This document shows positions 1-8,938 of a stretch of 29,927 nt of DNA, piece by piece. The stretch covers positions 1 to 29,927 of the IMG/VR virus record IMGVR_UViG_3300042569_000095; one strand, written 5' to 3'. The notes beneath the pieces were generated by a model, which was not told the DNA's origin, searched no databases, and saw nothing but the letters and a program-made list of their open reading frames with translations. Within the stretch, counting starts at the first letter, position 1, and the number at the start of each line of letters is the position of its first letter. This stretch comes from a virus. Its lineage: Duplodnaviria; Caudoviricetes. Position numbers and translations under genes: made by a program.

Positions 1-238
1 ACTCTTTAAACTCGGAATTTGCGCCATACATACCAAAGCCTGTTCTTTTGTATCAGTACCGAAATCAGGTCTCAGACTTTAAATGGGCAAATGATGGAGG
101 AGGACATACAACGGTAAACGACTACACTCCATTTGGTCAAGACTTGAAATACAATAACACGGACTACACTTTGAACTTTGCGCCTGAAACAAGTACAATA
201 CTTGACTATCCTATCCAAAACACGCTATTTGCTAATTA
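1..238. repeat. Terminal direct repeat, left copy (circular overlap)
   Basis: Matches 29690-29927. Positions 1-127 are identical, followed by 12 mismatches in 128-238. Confidence 0.97.
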
Positions 239-710
239 CTATTTTAGCTACCTGTACAACCTTTACAACATCAAGCAGCGTTTAGTTAACATCAAAGCAA
301 AACTGCCTGTGAGCTTATTGACAGGATTGCAGCTAAATGATAGGCTTGTAATCAGAGATAGAAGGTACATAATTAACGAGATGAAAACGAACCTAACTAC
401 AGGAGATGTTGACTTGCAACTCATCTTAGATTTTAGACCTATAGTAAACTCAACAACACCAAATCCAAAAGTAGCAACATCAGGAGGAAGCGTTAACTAT
501 ACAATCAACCTACCAAATAGCGCAACTCAGGTGAATCTTTCGTGTTCTAATAGAAGCGTAACATTCTCGCCCGATACGCTGTATGCGAGCGGAAGTACAT
601 TGATAGGCATACCCGCGGGAACGTCAGGAACGATTTACACTATTGAGGCGAAATCCCTGTATTTAGACGGAAGCAGAACAACTGAATCTTTTTATATTAT
701 ACAACAATGA
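1..710 (+). CDS. C-terminal part of a large tail-tip protein (continues from 28081 across the circular junction)
   Basis: Same frame and sequence as the ORF running off the right end. The joined product is about 772 aa with a beta-rich, Ig-like C-terminus. Confidence 0.8.
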   Translation, partial: SLNSEFAPYIPKPVLLYQYRNQVSDFKWANDGGGHTTVNDYTPFGQDLKYNNTDYTLNFAPETSTILDYPIQNTLFANYYFSYLYNLYNIKQRLVNIKAKLPVSLLTGLQLNDRLVIRDRRYIINEMKTNLTTGDVDLQLILDFRPIVNSTTPNPKVATSGGSVNYTINLPNSATQVNLSCSNRSVTFSPDTLYASGSTLIGIPAGTSGTIYTIEAKSLYLDGSRTTESFYIIQQ

Positions 711-868
711 TAAAGCAAATAATTTCAATGCTACAACTTGACAACTTTTACGGAGAATCAGAGTTGATAGACATAGCCAAAGGAAAACACGAACTAACCA
801 CGTCTATGAAAAAAATGTGGAAACAAGGAAAACGACAACTAACAAATAAGACAAATGGCAGAGGTTAA
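707..868 (+). CDS. Small hypothetical protein, 53 aa (MIKQIISMLQLDNFYGESELIDIAKGKHELTT...)
   Basis: Not in the ORF track. ATGA overlap with the upstream stop; fills the gap before the tape measure gene. Confidence 0.7.
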   Translation: MIKQIISMLQLDNFYGESELIDIAKGKHELTTSMKKMWKQGKRQLTNKTNGRG

Positions 869-2696
869 AACCATAAAAATAGACGTAGACACTAAACAGG
901 CAGTTAATGCAATGGAGAACCTATCCAAAGCAACTAACGATGTTAACAAGAGCTTTGAGGAAGTTTACGGAGACTTGCAACCGCTTACCACTCGAATGGG
1001 TGAGGCAGAAGATAGGTTGTATGAGTTAGCCAATGCAGGACAAACGGCAACACAAGAATACAAAGATTTATTAGAGACTGTCGGCAACTATCGCAAAGTC
1101 CAAATCCAAACGGATATGGCAGTTGACGCTGCTGCAAGTACAATGTCTCAAAAGTTAGGCGGTGCGCTTGGTGGTGCTGCGGCAGGATTCCAACTTGTTC
1201 AGGGTACTATGGGTGCTTTTGGTGCGGAATCAGCGCAAGTAGAGGAGGCATTACTTAAAGTTCAGTCTGCAATGGCTATTGCTGATGGTGTTAGAGGATT
1301 CCGTGAGGCTATCCCATCCATCAAGGCATTTGGCTTAGCTATGAAGGCTGCTATCGGTTCAACTGGTATTGGCTTACTTGTTGTTGCAGTAGGTACTCTT
1401 GCTGCGTATTGGGATGACATTAAATCTGCCGTTGGTGGGGTAAGTTCGGAACAACAAAAACTAAATGCACAAGCTCAAGCAAACGTAAACATTCAGCAAA
1501 AGAAATTTGATTCGATTTCAGGTCAAGAAAATATCCTAAGACTTCAAGGTAAAACTGAGAAGCAGATTACTGAAATGAAAATCACTCAAATCAAAGCAGT
1601 AATTAAAGCAACGGAAGCTCAGTTAGCACAACAAGAAGCTACTAAGAAAGCTGAGGTAGAGGCTACAAAAAGAAATCAAAACATTCTCAGAATTGTTTTA
1701 AGATTAGGCTTAGAAGCTGCTGCGCTTGTATTACGCTACTTAGCCGCTCCTATTGACTTGACTATAATGGCTGCCAATAAAGTATCTGAAACATTAGGAC
1801 TTGGAAAAATTACTGCGTTTAATATAAACTCAGAGATAACTAAGATGACTTCAGGTGCTGCTAAATCAATGGCAGAGTATTTCTTTGACCCTAAGGAAAC
1901 CGCATCAGAGGCAGACAAAACTATCAACGAAACAAAAGTAAAACTAAACGAACTTAAAAATACTGCTGCAGGATTTCAATTACAACTCAATGAAATTAAT
2001 AAACCTGCTGAAAAGGTAGTAACAAAATCTGCTGAAAAGGTAGTTGAGGAGGCAGAAAAAGAGGTTTCTATTCTCCAAGATATGGAGGTTAAAAAACTTG
2101 ACATTCGTAAAGCCACTTTAGACAAAACGTTAGAGTTTCAAAAGTTAGAGAATGAAGGACTAAAAGACGGACTGCAATTAAAATTAGACATAGCCAAAAC
2201 TGAGAAGGAACTTCACAAGCAAAAAATTGCTGATATGAATGAAGCCTTACAAGCTACGTCCGATACTCTTGGTCAAGTTGCAGACTTATTTGGTAGAGAA
2301 TCTGCAGCAGGTAAAGCAGCAGCAATTGCTCAAGCAACTATTGACACTTATCTATCTGCTCAAAAGGCATACACATCTACGGTTGGAGTTCCAATTGTAG
2401 GAACTATACTTGCACCTATTAACGCAGGTTTGGCAATTGCAGCAGGTATTAAAAACATCAAAGCAATTACCGCAGTAAAAGTCCCGAATGATGGCGGTGG
2501 CGGTGGCGGTGGAAACCTTAGTAATTCTTTTGGAGGTTCAGCGGCTCAAGCACCAAACTTCAATGTCGTAGGTAGTTCAGGAATGAATCAGCTCGCACAA
2601 ATCCAACAACAACCAATCCAAGCGTATGTAGTAAGTGGTGAGGTCACATCAGCACAGGCACTTGACCGCAATAGAATTAAAAACGCAACATTGTAA
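855..2696 (+). CDS. Tail tape measure protein
   Basis: 613 aa, Ala/Gly-rich helical segments, coiled coil, hydrophobic stretches (TGIGLLVVAVGTLAAYWDDI) and a Gly-rich C-terminal linker. Confidence 0.8.
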   Translation: MAEVKTIKIDVDTKQAVNAMENLSKATNDVNKSFEEVYGDLQPLTTRMGEAEDRLYELANAGQTATQEYKDLLETVGNYRKVQIQTDMAVDAAASTMSQKLGGALGGAAAGFQLVQGTMGAFGAESAQVEEALLKVQSAMAIADGVRGFREAIPSIKAFGLAMKAAIGSTGIGLLVVAVGTLAAYWDDIKSAVGGVSSEQQKLNAQAQANVNIQQKKFDSISGQENILRLQGKTEKQITEMKITQIKAVIKATEAQLAQQEATKKAEVEATKRNQNILRIVLRLGLEAAALVLRYLAAPIDLTIMAANKVSETLGLGKITAFNINSEITKMTSGAAKSMAEYFFDPKETASEADKTINETKVKLNELKNTAAGFQLQLNEINKPAEKVVTKSAEKVVEEAEKEVSILQDMEVKKLDIRKATLDKTLEFQKLENEGLKDGLQLKLDIAKTEKELHKQKIADMNEALQATSDTLGQVADLFGRESAAGKAAAIAQATIDTYLSAQKAYTSTVGVPIVGTILAPINAGLAIAAGIKNIKAITAVKVPNDGGGGGGGNLSNSFGGSAAQAPNFNVVGSSGMNQLAQIQQQPIQAYVVSGEVTSAQALDRNRIKNATL

Positions 2697-2709
2697 CAAA
2701 TTTAACTTA
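2678..2709 (+). promoter_or_regulatory. Putative late (phage sigma) promoter
   Basis: TAAAAACGCAACA (identical to 3487-3499), then N14, ACTTA, N7, ATG. Confidence 0.6.
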
Positions 2710-2716
2710 CAAAAAC

Positions 2717-3292
2717 ATGAAAGTATTAGAGCTAATCATTGACGAAAAAGACCTTAAAGGCGGCATCAATGCCGTGTCAGTAGTCGAAGCACCTGCCATA
2801 GAAGAAAACTTTGTAGCCTTAGCAAAACACGAAGTAGAACTCAAAGAAATAGACACCGAGAAACGTATCTTAATGGGTGCTGCTCTTATCCCAAACAAGA
2901 AGATTTACCGCAGAAACAAAGAGGAGGAGTTCTATATCTACTTTTCAGAAGACACCGTACGTAGAGCTATGGAATTATTTTTTATAAACGGCAACCAATC
3001 AAGCGCAACATTCGAACACAAAAAAGCCATTACAGGAATGACTGCGGTAGAATCATGGCTAATCGAAGACGAAAAGATAGACAAAAGCCAGTTATACGGA
3101 TTCAACCTACCGAAAGGAACGTGGATGATTTCTATGAAGGTAGACAACGATGAGGTTTGGAAAGATGTAAAAGACGGCAAGGTAAAAGGATTCTCAATTG
3201 AGGGTTACTTCGCTGACAAGATGCCTGACTCACCTCGTGAGGAACAAGAAAAACACGCAATCATAGAACAACTTAAAAACTTATTAAAATGA
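2717..3292 (+). CDS. Prohead protease, XkdF-like
   Basis: Motifs ESWLIED, GTWMISMKV and GKVKGFSIEG; lies upstream of the scaffold and capsid genes. Confidence 0.8.
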   Translation: MKVLELIIDEKDLKGGINAVSVVEAPAIEENFVALAKHEVELKEIDTEKRILMGAALIPNKKIYRRNKEEEFYIYFSEDTVRRAMELFFINGNQSSATFEHKKAITGMTAVESWLIEDEKIDKSQLYGFNLPKGTWMISMKVDNDEVWKDVKDGKVKGFSIEGYFADKMPDSPREEQEKHAIIEQLKNLLK

Positions 3293-3489
3293 AATTCAAA
3301 ACACCAAGTAAATCAAGTCCAAGAGCAGGCGCAAGACAAGGTTGCCTATGTGAAAACGGAAAATACTCTAACAAATGTTGTGACGGAAGTCTACAAGCAC
3401 AAGGAGTAGGTAAGACAGTAGGTTCAGTGGACAACGTTACAAGAACTGATGTAAGCGGAGTTAGAACTATCGTACGTGAAAACGGATAA
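3289..3489 (+). CDS. Small Cys-rich hypothetical protein (GCLC...KCCDGSLQAQG)
   Basis: ORF track; overlaps the protease stop; 4 Cys. Confidence 0.7.
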   Translation: MKFKTPSKSSPRAGARQGCLCENGKYSNKCCDGSLQAQGVGKTVGSVDNVTRTDVSGVRTIVRENG

Positions 3490-3518
3490 AAACGCAACAA
3501 ATAATCTATAAATCGTTA
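3487..3518 (+). promoter_or_regulatory. Putative late (phage sigma) promoter
   Basis: TAAAAACGCAACA-N14-CGTTA-N7-ATG; ECF-like AAC / CGT elements. Confidence 0.6.
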
Positions 3519-3525
3519 TATACAT

Positions 3526-3933
3526 ATGAACACACAAAAATCTATCTACGAAAAATTGTTCAAGTACGAACAAGCAACTGAATTAGCATCTCACAAGATT
3601 GAGTTAGGTCTTATTGAAGACATTGCTGCTGCTAAAAAACAAGCACAACAACAAGTAACAAGGTTCTTAAAAAGTGATGCTACGGTACAAAAAGCAGTTG
3701 CTGCATTAAAATCAGTTTATCCCGATGTTTTATTGAATAAAGATTTTGCAAAAAAGAAAACTGCTGAACTTTCTAAAATTGAAGGCACATTGACAAAACA
3801 AGCTGCTGATTTAGGTTTAGATGTAAAACAACTCCCTGCATTTAAAGAATTGCAAGATGCTTATTCATTGTTGACTCAAGTTGATGACGCAATTATGAAC
3901 TCAATGGATGCAGTTAAAACAATAGGTAAATAA
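3526..3933 (+). CDS. Helical protein in the head module, possible internal head protein
   Basis: 135 aa. Its N-terminal TELASHKIELG resembles motifs in the protease, scaffold and portal. Confidence 0.55.
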   Translation: MNTQKSIYEKLFKYEQATELASHKIELGLIEDIAAAKKQAQQQVTRFLKSDATVQKAVAALKSVYPDVLLNKDFAKKKTAELSKIEGTLTKQAADLGLDVKQLPAFKELQDAYSLLTQVDDAIMNSMDAVKTIGK

Positions 3934-3939
3934 AAACAA

Positions 3940-4542
3940 ATGAACGAAAAATCACTCTTAAACAAAGTCCGCACACTTCTTGGAATGGAAGTGAAGTTGG
4001 AAACTATGCGCCTTACTGATGGTGTATCTATGCTTGAAGCAGAAGTATTCGAAGCAGGTCAACCTGTGTTTATCCTAACTGAAGACGAACAACGTATTGC
4101 ACTTCCTGTAGGTGACTACGAACTCGAAGATGGTCGTATCTTGGTAGTTATCGAAGAAGGTATCATTGCTGACATTCGTGAAGCTGCTGAACCTGAAGTA
4201 GAGGTAGAAGTTGAAGCTCCTGAAGCTGAAATGCCTGCTGAAGAAGAAATGGCACAAGAGCCTGTTGCACCTACCGCAAAGAAAATCATCGAATCAGTAA
4301 CTAAAGAATCTTTCTTTAGCGAAATCGAAGCCTTGAAAAAAGAAAACGAAGAGTTAAAAGCACAAATCGCTTTGTCAAAAACTGAAGTTGCAGAAGAAGT
4401 CGCACCAGTTGAATTGAGCGAAGAGCCTAAACCTATTTCATTCAACCCTGAAAACGAAACTAAAGTAGAAGTAATGCGCCTTGCTAAAAATCGCAGTCGT
4501 TCTACAATGGATTCAATCCTTGAAAAATTCAATAATATTTAA
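3940..4542 (+). CDS. Capsid scaffolding protein
   Basis: Very acidic, Glu/Pro/Ala-rich with a coiled coil; directly upstream of the capsid gene. Confidence 0.75.
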   Translation: MNEKSLLNKVRTLLGMEVKLETMRLTDGVSMLEAEVFEAGQPVFILTEDEQRIALPVGDYELEDGRILVVIEEGIIADIREAAEPEVEVEVEAPEAEMPAEEEMAQEPVAPTAKKIIESVTKESFFSEIEALKKENEELKAQIALSKTEVAEEVAPVELSEEPKPISFNPENETKVEVMRLAKNRSRSTMDSILEKFNNI

Positions 4543-4563
4543 TAACTTAATTTAAACGAAGAA

Positions 4564-5514
4564 ATGCCAACAACAACTTCAATTACTACTACTTACGCAG
4601 GCGAGTTCGCAGGTAAGTACATCGCAGCAGCTTTATTGTCTGCTCCAACCCTTGACAAAGGCGGTATCACTATCATGCCTAACGTTAAATACAAGCAAGT
4701 TATCAAACGCGTTGCTACTGATGACATCATCAAAAACGCTACTTGTGATTTTGACCCTACGTCTACTATCACTTTGACAGAGCGTATCCTTCAACCCGAG
4801 AGCTTCCAAGTTAACTTGCAACTTTGTAAGTCTGACTTCCGTTCAGATTGGGATGCTATCCAAATGGGTTACTCTGCATTTGACGTTCTCCCTAAATCTT
4901 TCGCTGACTTCTTAATCGCACACGCTGCAGAGAAAGTTGCTGCAGGTATGGAGACTTCAATTTGGCAAGGTGTTAACGCAACTGCAGGTCAGTTCGCAGG
5001 TATCATGACTCAATTGACTACTGATGCAGCTCTTCCATCTGCTCAAGAAGTTGCAGGTACTACTGTTACTGCTGCTAACGTAATCACTGAGCTTGGTAAA
5101 ATCGTTGACGCTTGTCCTGCTGCCCTTTACGGAAAAGAAGACTTGACACTCTACGTTTCTTCTAACGTTTATCGTGCTTATGTTCGTGCATTGGGTGGCT
5201 TCGCTGCTTCAGGTGTAGGTGCTAACGGTTACGACAACAAAGGTACAAACCAACAACTTGGTGATGTTTACTTTGATGGTGTTCGTGTATTCATGGCTAA
5301 CGGTATGGCTTCTAACACAGCATTGCTTGCTCAAAAATCTAACCTTTATTTTGCGACTGGTTTACTTTCGGATTTAAATGAGGTGAAGGTTTTGGATTTA
5401 AGTGATGTTGACGGCTCACAAAATTGCCGCGTAGTAATGCGTTTCACCGCAGATGCTAAATACGGTTTTGCTTCTGACGTTGTTACTTACGGAATCACAA
5501 ACTCTGCTAACTAA
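4564..5514 (+). CDS. Major capsid protein
   Basis: 316 aa; follows the scaffold; strongly biased codons (GCT/GGT/ACT/GTT); followed by a terminator. Confidence 0.85.
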   Translation: MPTTTSITTTYAGEFAGKYIAAALLSAPTLDKGGITIMPNVKYKQVIKRVATDDIIKNATCDFDPTSTITLTERILQPESFQVNLQLCKSDFRSDWDAIQMGYSAFDVLPKSFADFLIAHAAEKVAAGMETSIWQGVNATAGQFAGIMTQLTTDAALPSAQEVAGTTVTAANVITELGKIVDACPAALYGKEDLTLYVSSNVYRAYVRALGGFAASGVGANGYDNKGTNQQLGDVYFDGVRVFMANGMASNTALLAQKSNLYFATGLLSDLNEVKVLDLSDVDGSQNCRVVMRFTADAKYGFASDVVTYGITNSAN

Positions 5515-5537
5515 TATTAGCTACTACTAATTAATTT

Positions 5538-5565
5538 GGGAGGGGTCTACGCTCCTCCCTTTTTT
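5538..5565 (+). terminator. Intrinsic terminator after the capsid gene
   Basis: GGGAGGGGT-CTAC-GCTCCTCCC followed by T6. Confidence 0.85.
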
Positions 5566-5586
5566 ATAACCTTAAAAATTTAAAAT

Positions 5587-6150
5587 ATGGCTTGTGAACT
5601 CGCAAACGGACGCTTAGAAGTATGTAAAGACGCAGTAGGTGGAATTGACGCAGTATACTTTATTAACTATGGTGATTTCAATCCTGAAACGGATGTTGCC
5701 TATGTTGCAGGTACTGATACTATCGACACTATTGCTAACGTAACTTCACTTTACAAATACGAACTAAAAGGAACAAACTCTTTTGAGCAAGTTGTTACCT
5801 CTTCACGTGAAAATGGAACTACATTCGTAGAGCAAACATTAACAATGACTTTGAAAAAGCAAGATGCTACTACTCACAAGTCGGTTAAATTGTTAGCTTA
5901 CGGACGTCCACAAATTGTAGTAAGAAACCGCAATAACCAATTCTTTATGATGGGTCTTGAGCATGGTGCTGAGTTGACTACTGCTAACGTATCAAATGGT
6001 ACTGCAATGGGTGACCTTAATGGTTACACTTTGACATTTGTAGCTACTGAAACTTTACTTGCGAATCTTCTTGACTGCACATCTGAGGCAGGTCTTACAG
6101 GTTCGTCAGGTGACGTCTTTGGTGCAACTACAACTATCGTTACTGCTTAA
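5587..6150 (+). CDS. Major tail tube protein
   Basis: 187 aa, Thr-rich beta protein (SRENGTTFVEQTLTMTL, GDLNGYTLTF) with high-expression codon bias. Confidence 0.7.
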   Translation: MACELANGRLEVCKDAVGGIDAVYFINYGDFNPETDVAYVAGTDTIDTIANVTSLYKYELKGTNSFEQVVTSSRENGTTFVEQTLTMTLKKQDATTHKSVKLLAYGRPQIVVRNRNNQFFMMGLEHGAELTTANVSNGTAMGDLNGYTLTFVATETLLANLLDCTSEAGLTGSSGDVFGATTTIVTA

Positions 6151-6196
6151 TCGTTTTTTCATAGCGTTAAAGGGGAGGCTTCGGTCTCCCTTTTTT
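6151..6196 (+). ncRNA. 3'-UTR/terminator RNA with an antisense seed (candidate sRNA 1)
   Basis: TTTTTTCATAGCGTT (6154-6168) is the exact reverse complement of 12834-12848 and lies directly 5' of a terminator hairpin. Confidence 0.5.
6173..6196 (+). terminator. Intrinsic terminator after the tail tube gene
   Basis: GGGAGGC-TTCG-GTCTCCC followed by T6 (cUUCGg loop). Confidence 0.9.
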
Positions 6197-6233
6197 ATTT
6201 TAAAACAAAATCAATCTTTTGACTTGTAGTAGT

Positions 6234-6563
6234 ATGATAGTTTTAACTACATCTACTTCAGCGCAGACGTTCTCGTTTATTCCGAGAGGTTCATTCAATA
6301 CAATGATTATAACGGATGACCAAACAAACACACCTGCAACAATTGCAATCACCAGTTCAACGCAAGGAGACTACGTAAACACGATAACTGCATCCTTCGC
6401 ATTAAAAGAAGGACACTTCTACGACTTGATTCTAAAACAAGGAACTGACATCGTATACAAAGACCGCATCTTTTGTACTGACCAAAACATCGTAAACTTC
6501 TCGGTTAACAATGGTGAGTACGTTTCAAATACAACCGCAAATACATACATCGTTTATGAGTAA
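6234..6563 (+). CDS. Virion structural protein (possible head-closure/neck protein)
   Basis: Start moved to ATG 6234 (MIVLTTS); beta-rich; between the tube and portal genes; preceded by the late motif. Confidence 0.5.
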   Translation: MIVLTTSTSAQTFSFIPRGSFNTMIITDDQTNTPATIAITSSTQGDYVNTITASFALKEGHFYDLILKQGTDIVYKDRIFCTDQNIVNFSVNNGEYVSNTTANTYIVYE

Positions 6564-8343
6564 CATACACGTTTTAAATCTATCCGCTTACACTACTCCT
6601 ATAATTCAGGAGAGCAAGCGTGAGGCTTGGGTAGATTACGGAGAGGATAACAACGCGTATCAGTTCTTGATTGACCGATACACGAACTCTACAACTAACA
6701 ATGCCATTATCAATAACATTGCTCGTTTGATTTACGGCAAAGGATTGTCAGCTACTGACGCTAACCGCAAGCCTAATGAGTACGCTCAAATGATGACCTT
6801 AATTTCTAAGGAATGTTTGCGTAAGATTGTTTTTGACCGCAAGTTATTCGGGCAGTTTGCTATCCAAGTACACTACAACGACAAGCACGACAAGATTCTC
6901 AAGGCTTATCACATCCCTGTAAACTTGTTGCGTGCTGAAAAATGTAACAAAGACGGAGAAATAGAAGGATACTACTACTCGGACGATTGGACTGACATCA
7001 AGAAATACGTTCCTAAGAGATTCCCTGCATTTGGATTTACCAACGAGAAGGTAGAAATCCTATTCAGCAAGCCTTACTCAGTCGGAATGAAATACTATTC
7101 CTACGTTGACTATCAAGGAGCAGTACCTTATTGCCTCCTTGAGGAAGAAATTTCCGACTACCTAATCAATGAAGTACAAAACGGATTCTCAGGAACTAAG
7201 GTTGTCAACTTCAATAACGGAGTGCCTACATTAGAGCAGCAAGAAATAATATCTTCAAAGGTTCTCGGCAAGTTGACTGGTTCTAAAGGTCAGAAAGTAA
7301 TCGTAGCGTTCAACGACAATATGGATACTCGTACTACGGTTGAGGATATTCCTTTGAATGACGCACCTGAACACTACACGTATTTAAGTGAAGAATGCTT
7401 GCGTAAAATCATGCTCGGACACAACGTCACGTCACCGCTTTTATTTGGTGTTGCCTCGTCTAACGGATTCTCGTCTAACGCTGATGAGCTTGAGAACTCG
7501 TTTATCCTCTTCAATAATATGGTGATTAAGCCATTTCAAGAGGAGATAATCGATGCCATTGACAAGATTTTAGCTTTCAACAACATCTCTTTAAACCTAT
7601 TCTTCAAGACTCTCAAGCCGCTTGAGTTTGTAGACTTAGAAAACGCAGTTACCGAAGAGCAAGTTGCAGAGGAGACAGGTACGGAGTTAAGTAAACACGA
7701 AGCTCTTGACAATGAGATTGCAGATGCACTTATTGAGTGCGGAGAGATGCCTGATGAAAAGTGGGTATTGATTGACGAGTTTGAGGTTGACCTTGAGCAA
7801 GAAGATGCAATAGACGCAGAAATTGAAATGGCAAGCAATCGCAAACCATCTCTTTTATCTAAAGTTTACAATTTTGTAAGCACAGGAACTGCAAACCCTA
7901 AAGCCAAATCTGAACAAGATAAAGTTATTGACGGATTCAAATTCATCACTCGCTACGTTTATTCAGGTGACACATCTGCTAAATCTCGTGAGTTCTGCAA
8001 GAAGATGACTACTGCAAACAAAGTTTATCGCAAAGAAGATATTGTTAGAATGAGCAATCAACCTGTAAATGCAGGATGGGGTGCTAACGGAGCTTCTACA
8101 TACGACATTTTTAAGTTTAAAGGTGGAGGTAACTGCCATCACAAATGGTTGCGTAGAACCTATGTATCATTTGAAGAAGGTATGGGAATAGACCCTACCA
8201 ATCCAAACGCTAAAACTATCAGCACTAACAAAGCAGAAAAGGCAGGATATCGTGTTAGGAATCCACAAGAAGTATTCGTGCGTCCTGTTGATATGCCTTA
8301 CAACGGCTTTTTACCTACTAACCCTATTTACGGCAAGAAATAA
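6556..8343 (+). CDS. Portal protein with a C-terminal extension (possible MuF-like domain)
   Basis: Start ATG 6556 (MSNIHV). Portal-like core (WVDYGEDN, IMLGHNVTSPLLFGV, IKPFQEEIID), an acidic linker, then a domain with SREFCKKM and GGGNCHHKW. Confidence 0.8.
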   Translation: MSNIHVLNLSAYTTPIIQESKREAWVDYGEDNNAYQFLIDRYTNSTTNNAIINNIARLIYGKGLSATDANRKPNEYAQMMTLISKECLRKIVFDRKLFGQFAIQVHYNDKHDKILKAYHIPVNLLRAEKCNKDGEIEGYYYSDDWTDIKKYVPKRFPAFGFTNEKVEILFSKPYSVGMKYYSYVDYQGAVPYCLLEEEISDYLINEVQNGFSGTKVVNFNNGVPTLEQQEIISSKVLGKLTGSKGQKVIVAFNDNMDTRTTVEDIPLNDAPEHYTYLSEECLRKIMLGHNVTSPLLFGVASSNGFSSNADELENSFILFNNMVIKPFQEEIIDAIDKILAFNNISLNLFFKTLKPLEFVDLENAVTEEQVAEETGTELSKHEALDNEIADALIECGEMPDEKWVLIDEFEVDLEQEDAIDAEIEMASNRKPSLLSKVYNFVSTGTANPKAKSEQDKVIDGFKFITRYVYSGDTSAKSREFCKKMTTANKVYRKEDIVRMSNQPVNAGWGANGASTYDIFKFKGGGNCHHKWLRRTYVSFEEGMGIDPTNPNAKTISTNKAEKAGYRVRNPQEVFVRPVDMPYNGFLPTNPIYGKK

Positions 8344-8843
8344 TGGCAACGGCACTACTAATAACACGAGACGATTTAGTTCGTTTTACGGCAGTCAACG
8401 GCAATGTAGATACTGATAAGTTTATTCAGTTCGTCAAGATTGCTCAAGACATACACATACAATCCTACTTAGGTACTAAACTACTTGAGAAGCTACAAAC
8501 GTTAATTATCGCAAACACGCTTACAGGTAACTACGAGACACTTGTAGAGACGTATGTAAAGCCTATGCTGATACATTGGTCAATGGTTGAGTATTTACCT
8601 TTCGCAGCTTACACAATTGCTAACAAAGGAGTTTACAAGCACTCGTCCGAGAACGCTGAAAACGTAGAGAAAAACGAAGTAGACTTTTTGTTAGAGAAAG
8701 AGCGACAAATTGCTCAACACTACACGGAGCGTTTCATTTCTTACATGAGTTTTAATCAAGACCTATTCCCTGAGTACAATCAAAACGTTGACCAAGATAT
8801 GTACCCTGATACTACGAATAATTACACCAGTTGGTTTATATGA
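8343..8843 (+). CDS. Head-tail adaptor-like protein
   Basis: 166 aa helical protein directly after the portal; call rests on position and size. Confidence 0.55.
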   Translation: MATALLITRDDLVRFTAVNGNVDTDKFIQFVKIAQDIHIQSYLGTKLLEKLQTLIIANTLTGNYETLVETYVKPMLIHWSMVEYLPFAAYTIANKGVYKHSSENAENVEKNEVDFLLEKERQIAQHYTERFISYMSFNQDLFPEYNQNVDQDMYPDTTNNYTSWFI

Positions 8844-8938
8844 AAAAAAATCGTCCAAAGGGTTTGAAGTATAGCCCTAAAAACACGAATGTAGAAAAAT
8901 TACGAATCTATTTAAGCAAGCAAGAAAATGGCAAATAG
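8840..8938 (+). CDS. Small basic peptide, 32 aa (MKKNRPKGLKYSPKNTNVEKLRIYLSKQENGK)
   Basis: Not in the ORF track. ATGA coupling to the upstream gene; fills the gap. Confidence 0.55.
   Translation: MKKNRPKGLKYSPKNTNVEKLRIYLSKQENGK

Noticed and set aside
128-238. Diverged repeat pair (with 29817-29927) as a DGR template/variable repeat
   Set aside because: Mismatches are mostly synonymous and not adenine-specific, and no reverse transcriptase is encoded.
2491-2513. GGC/GGT repeat in the tape measure gene
   Set aside because: It simply encodes a poly-Gly linker with mixed codons.
4116-4532. 138-aa minus-strand ORF and the other minus-strand ORFs in the track
   Set aside because: They are shadows of well-supported + strand genes, with Ser/Phe-rich antisense composition and no motifs.
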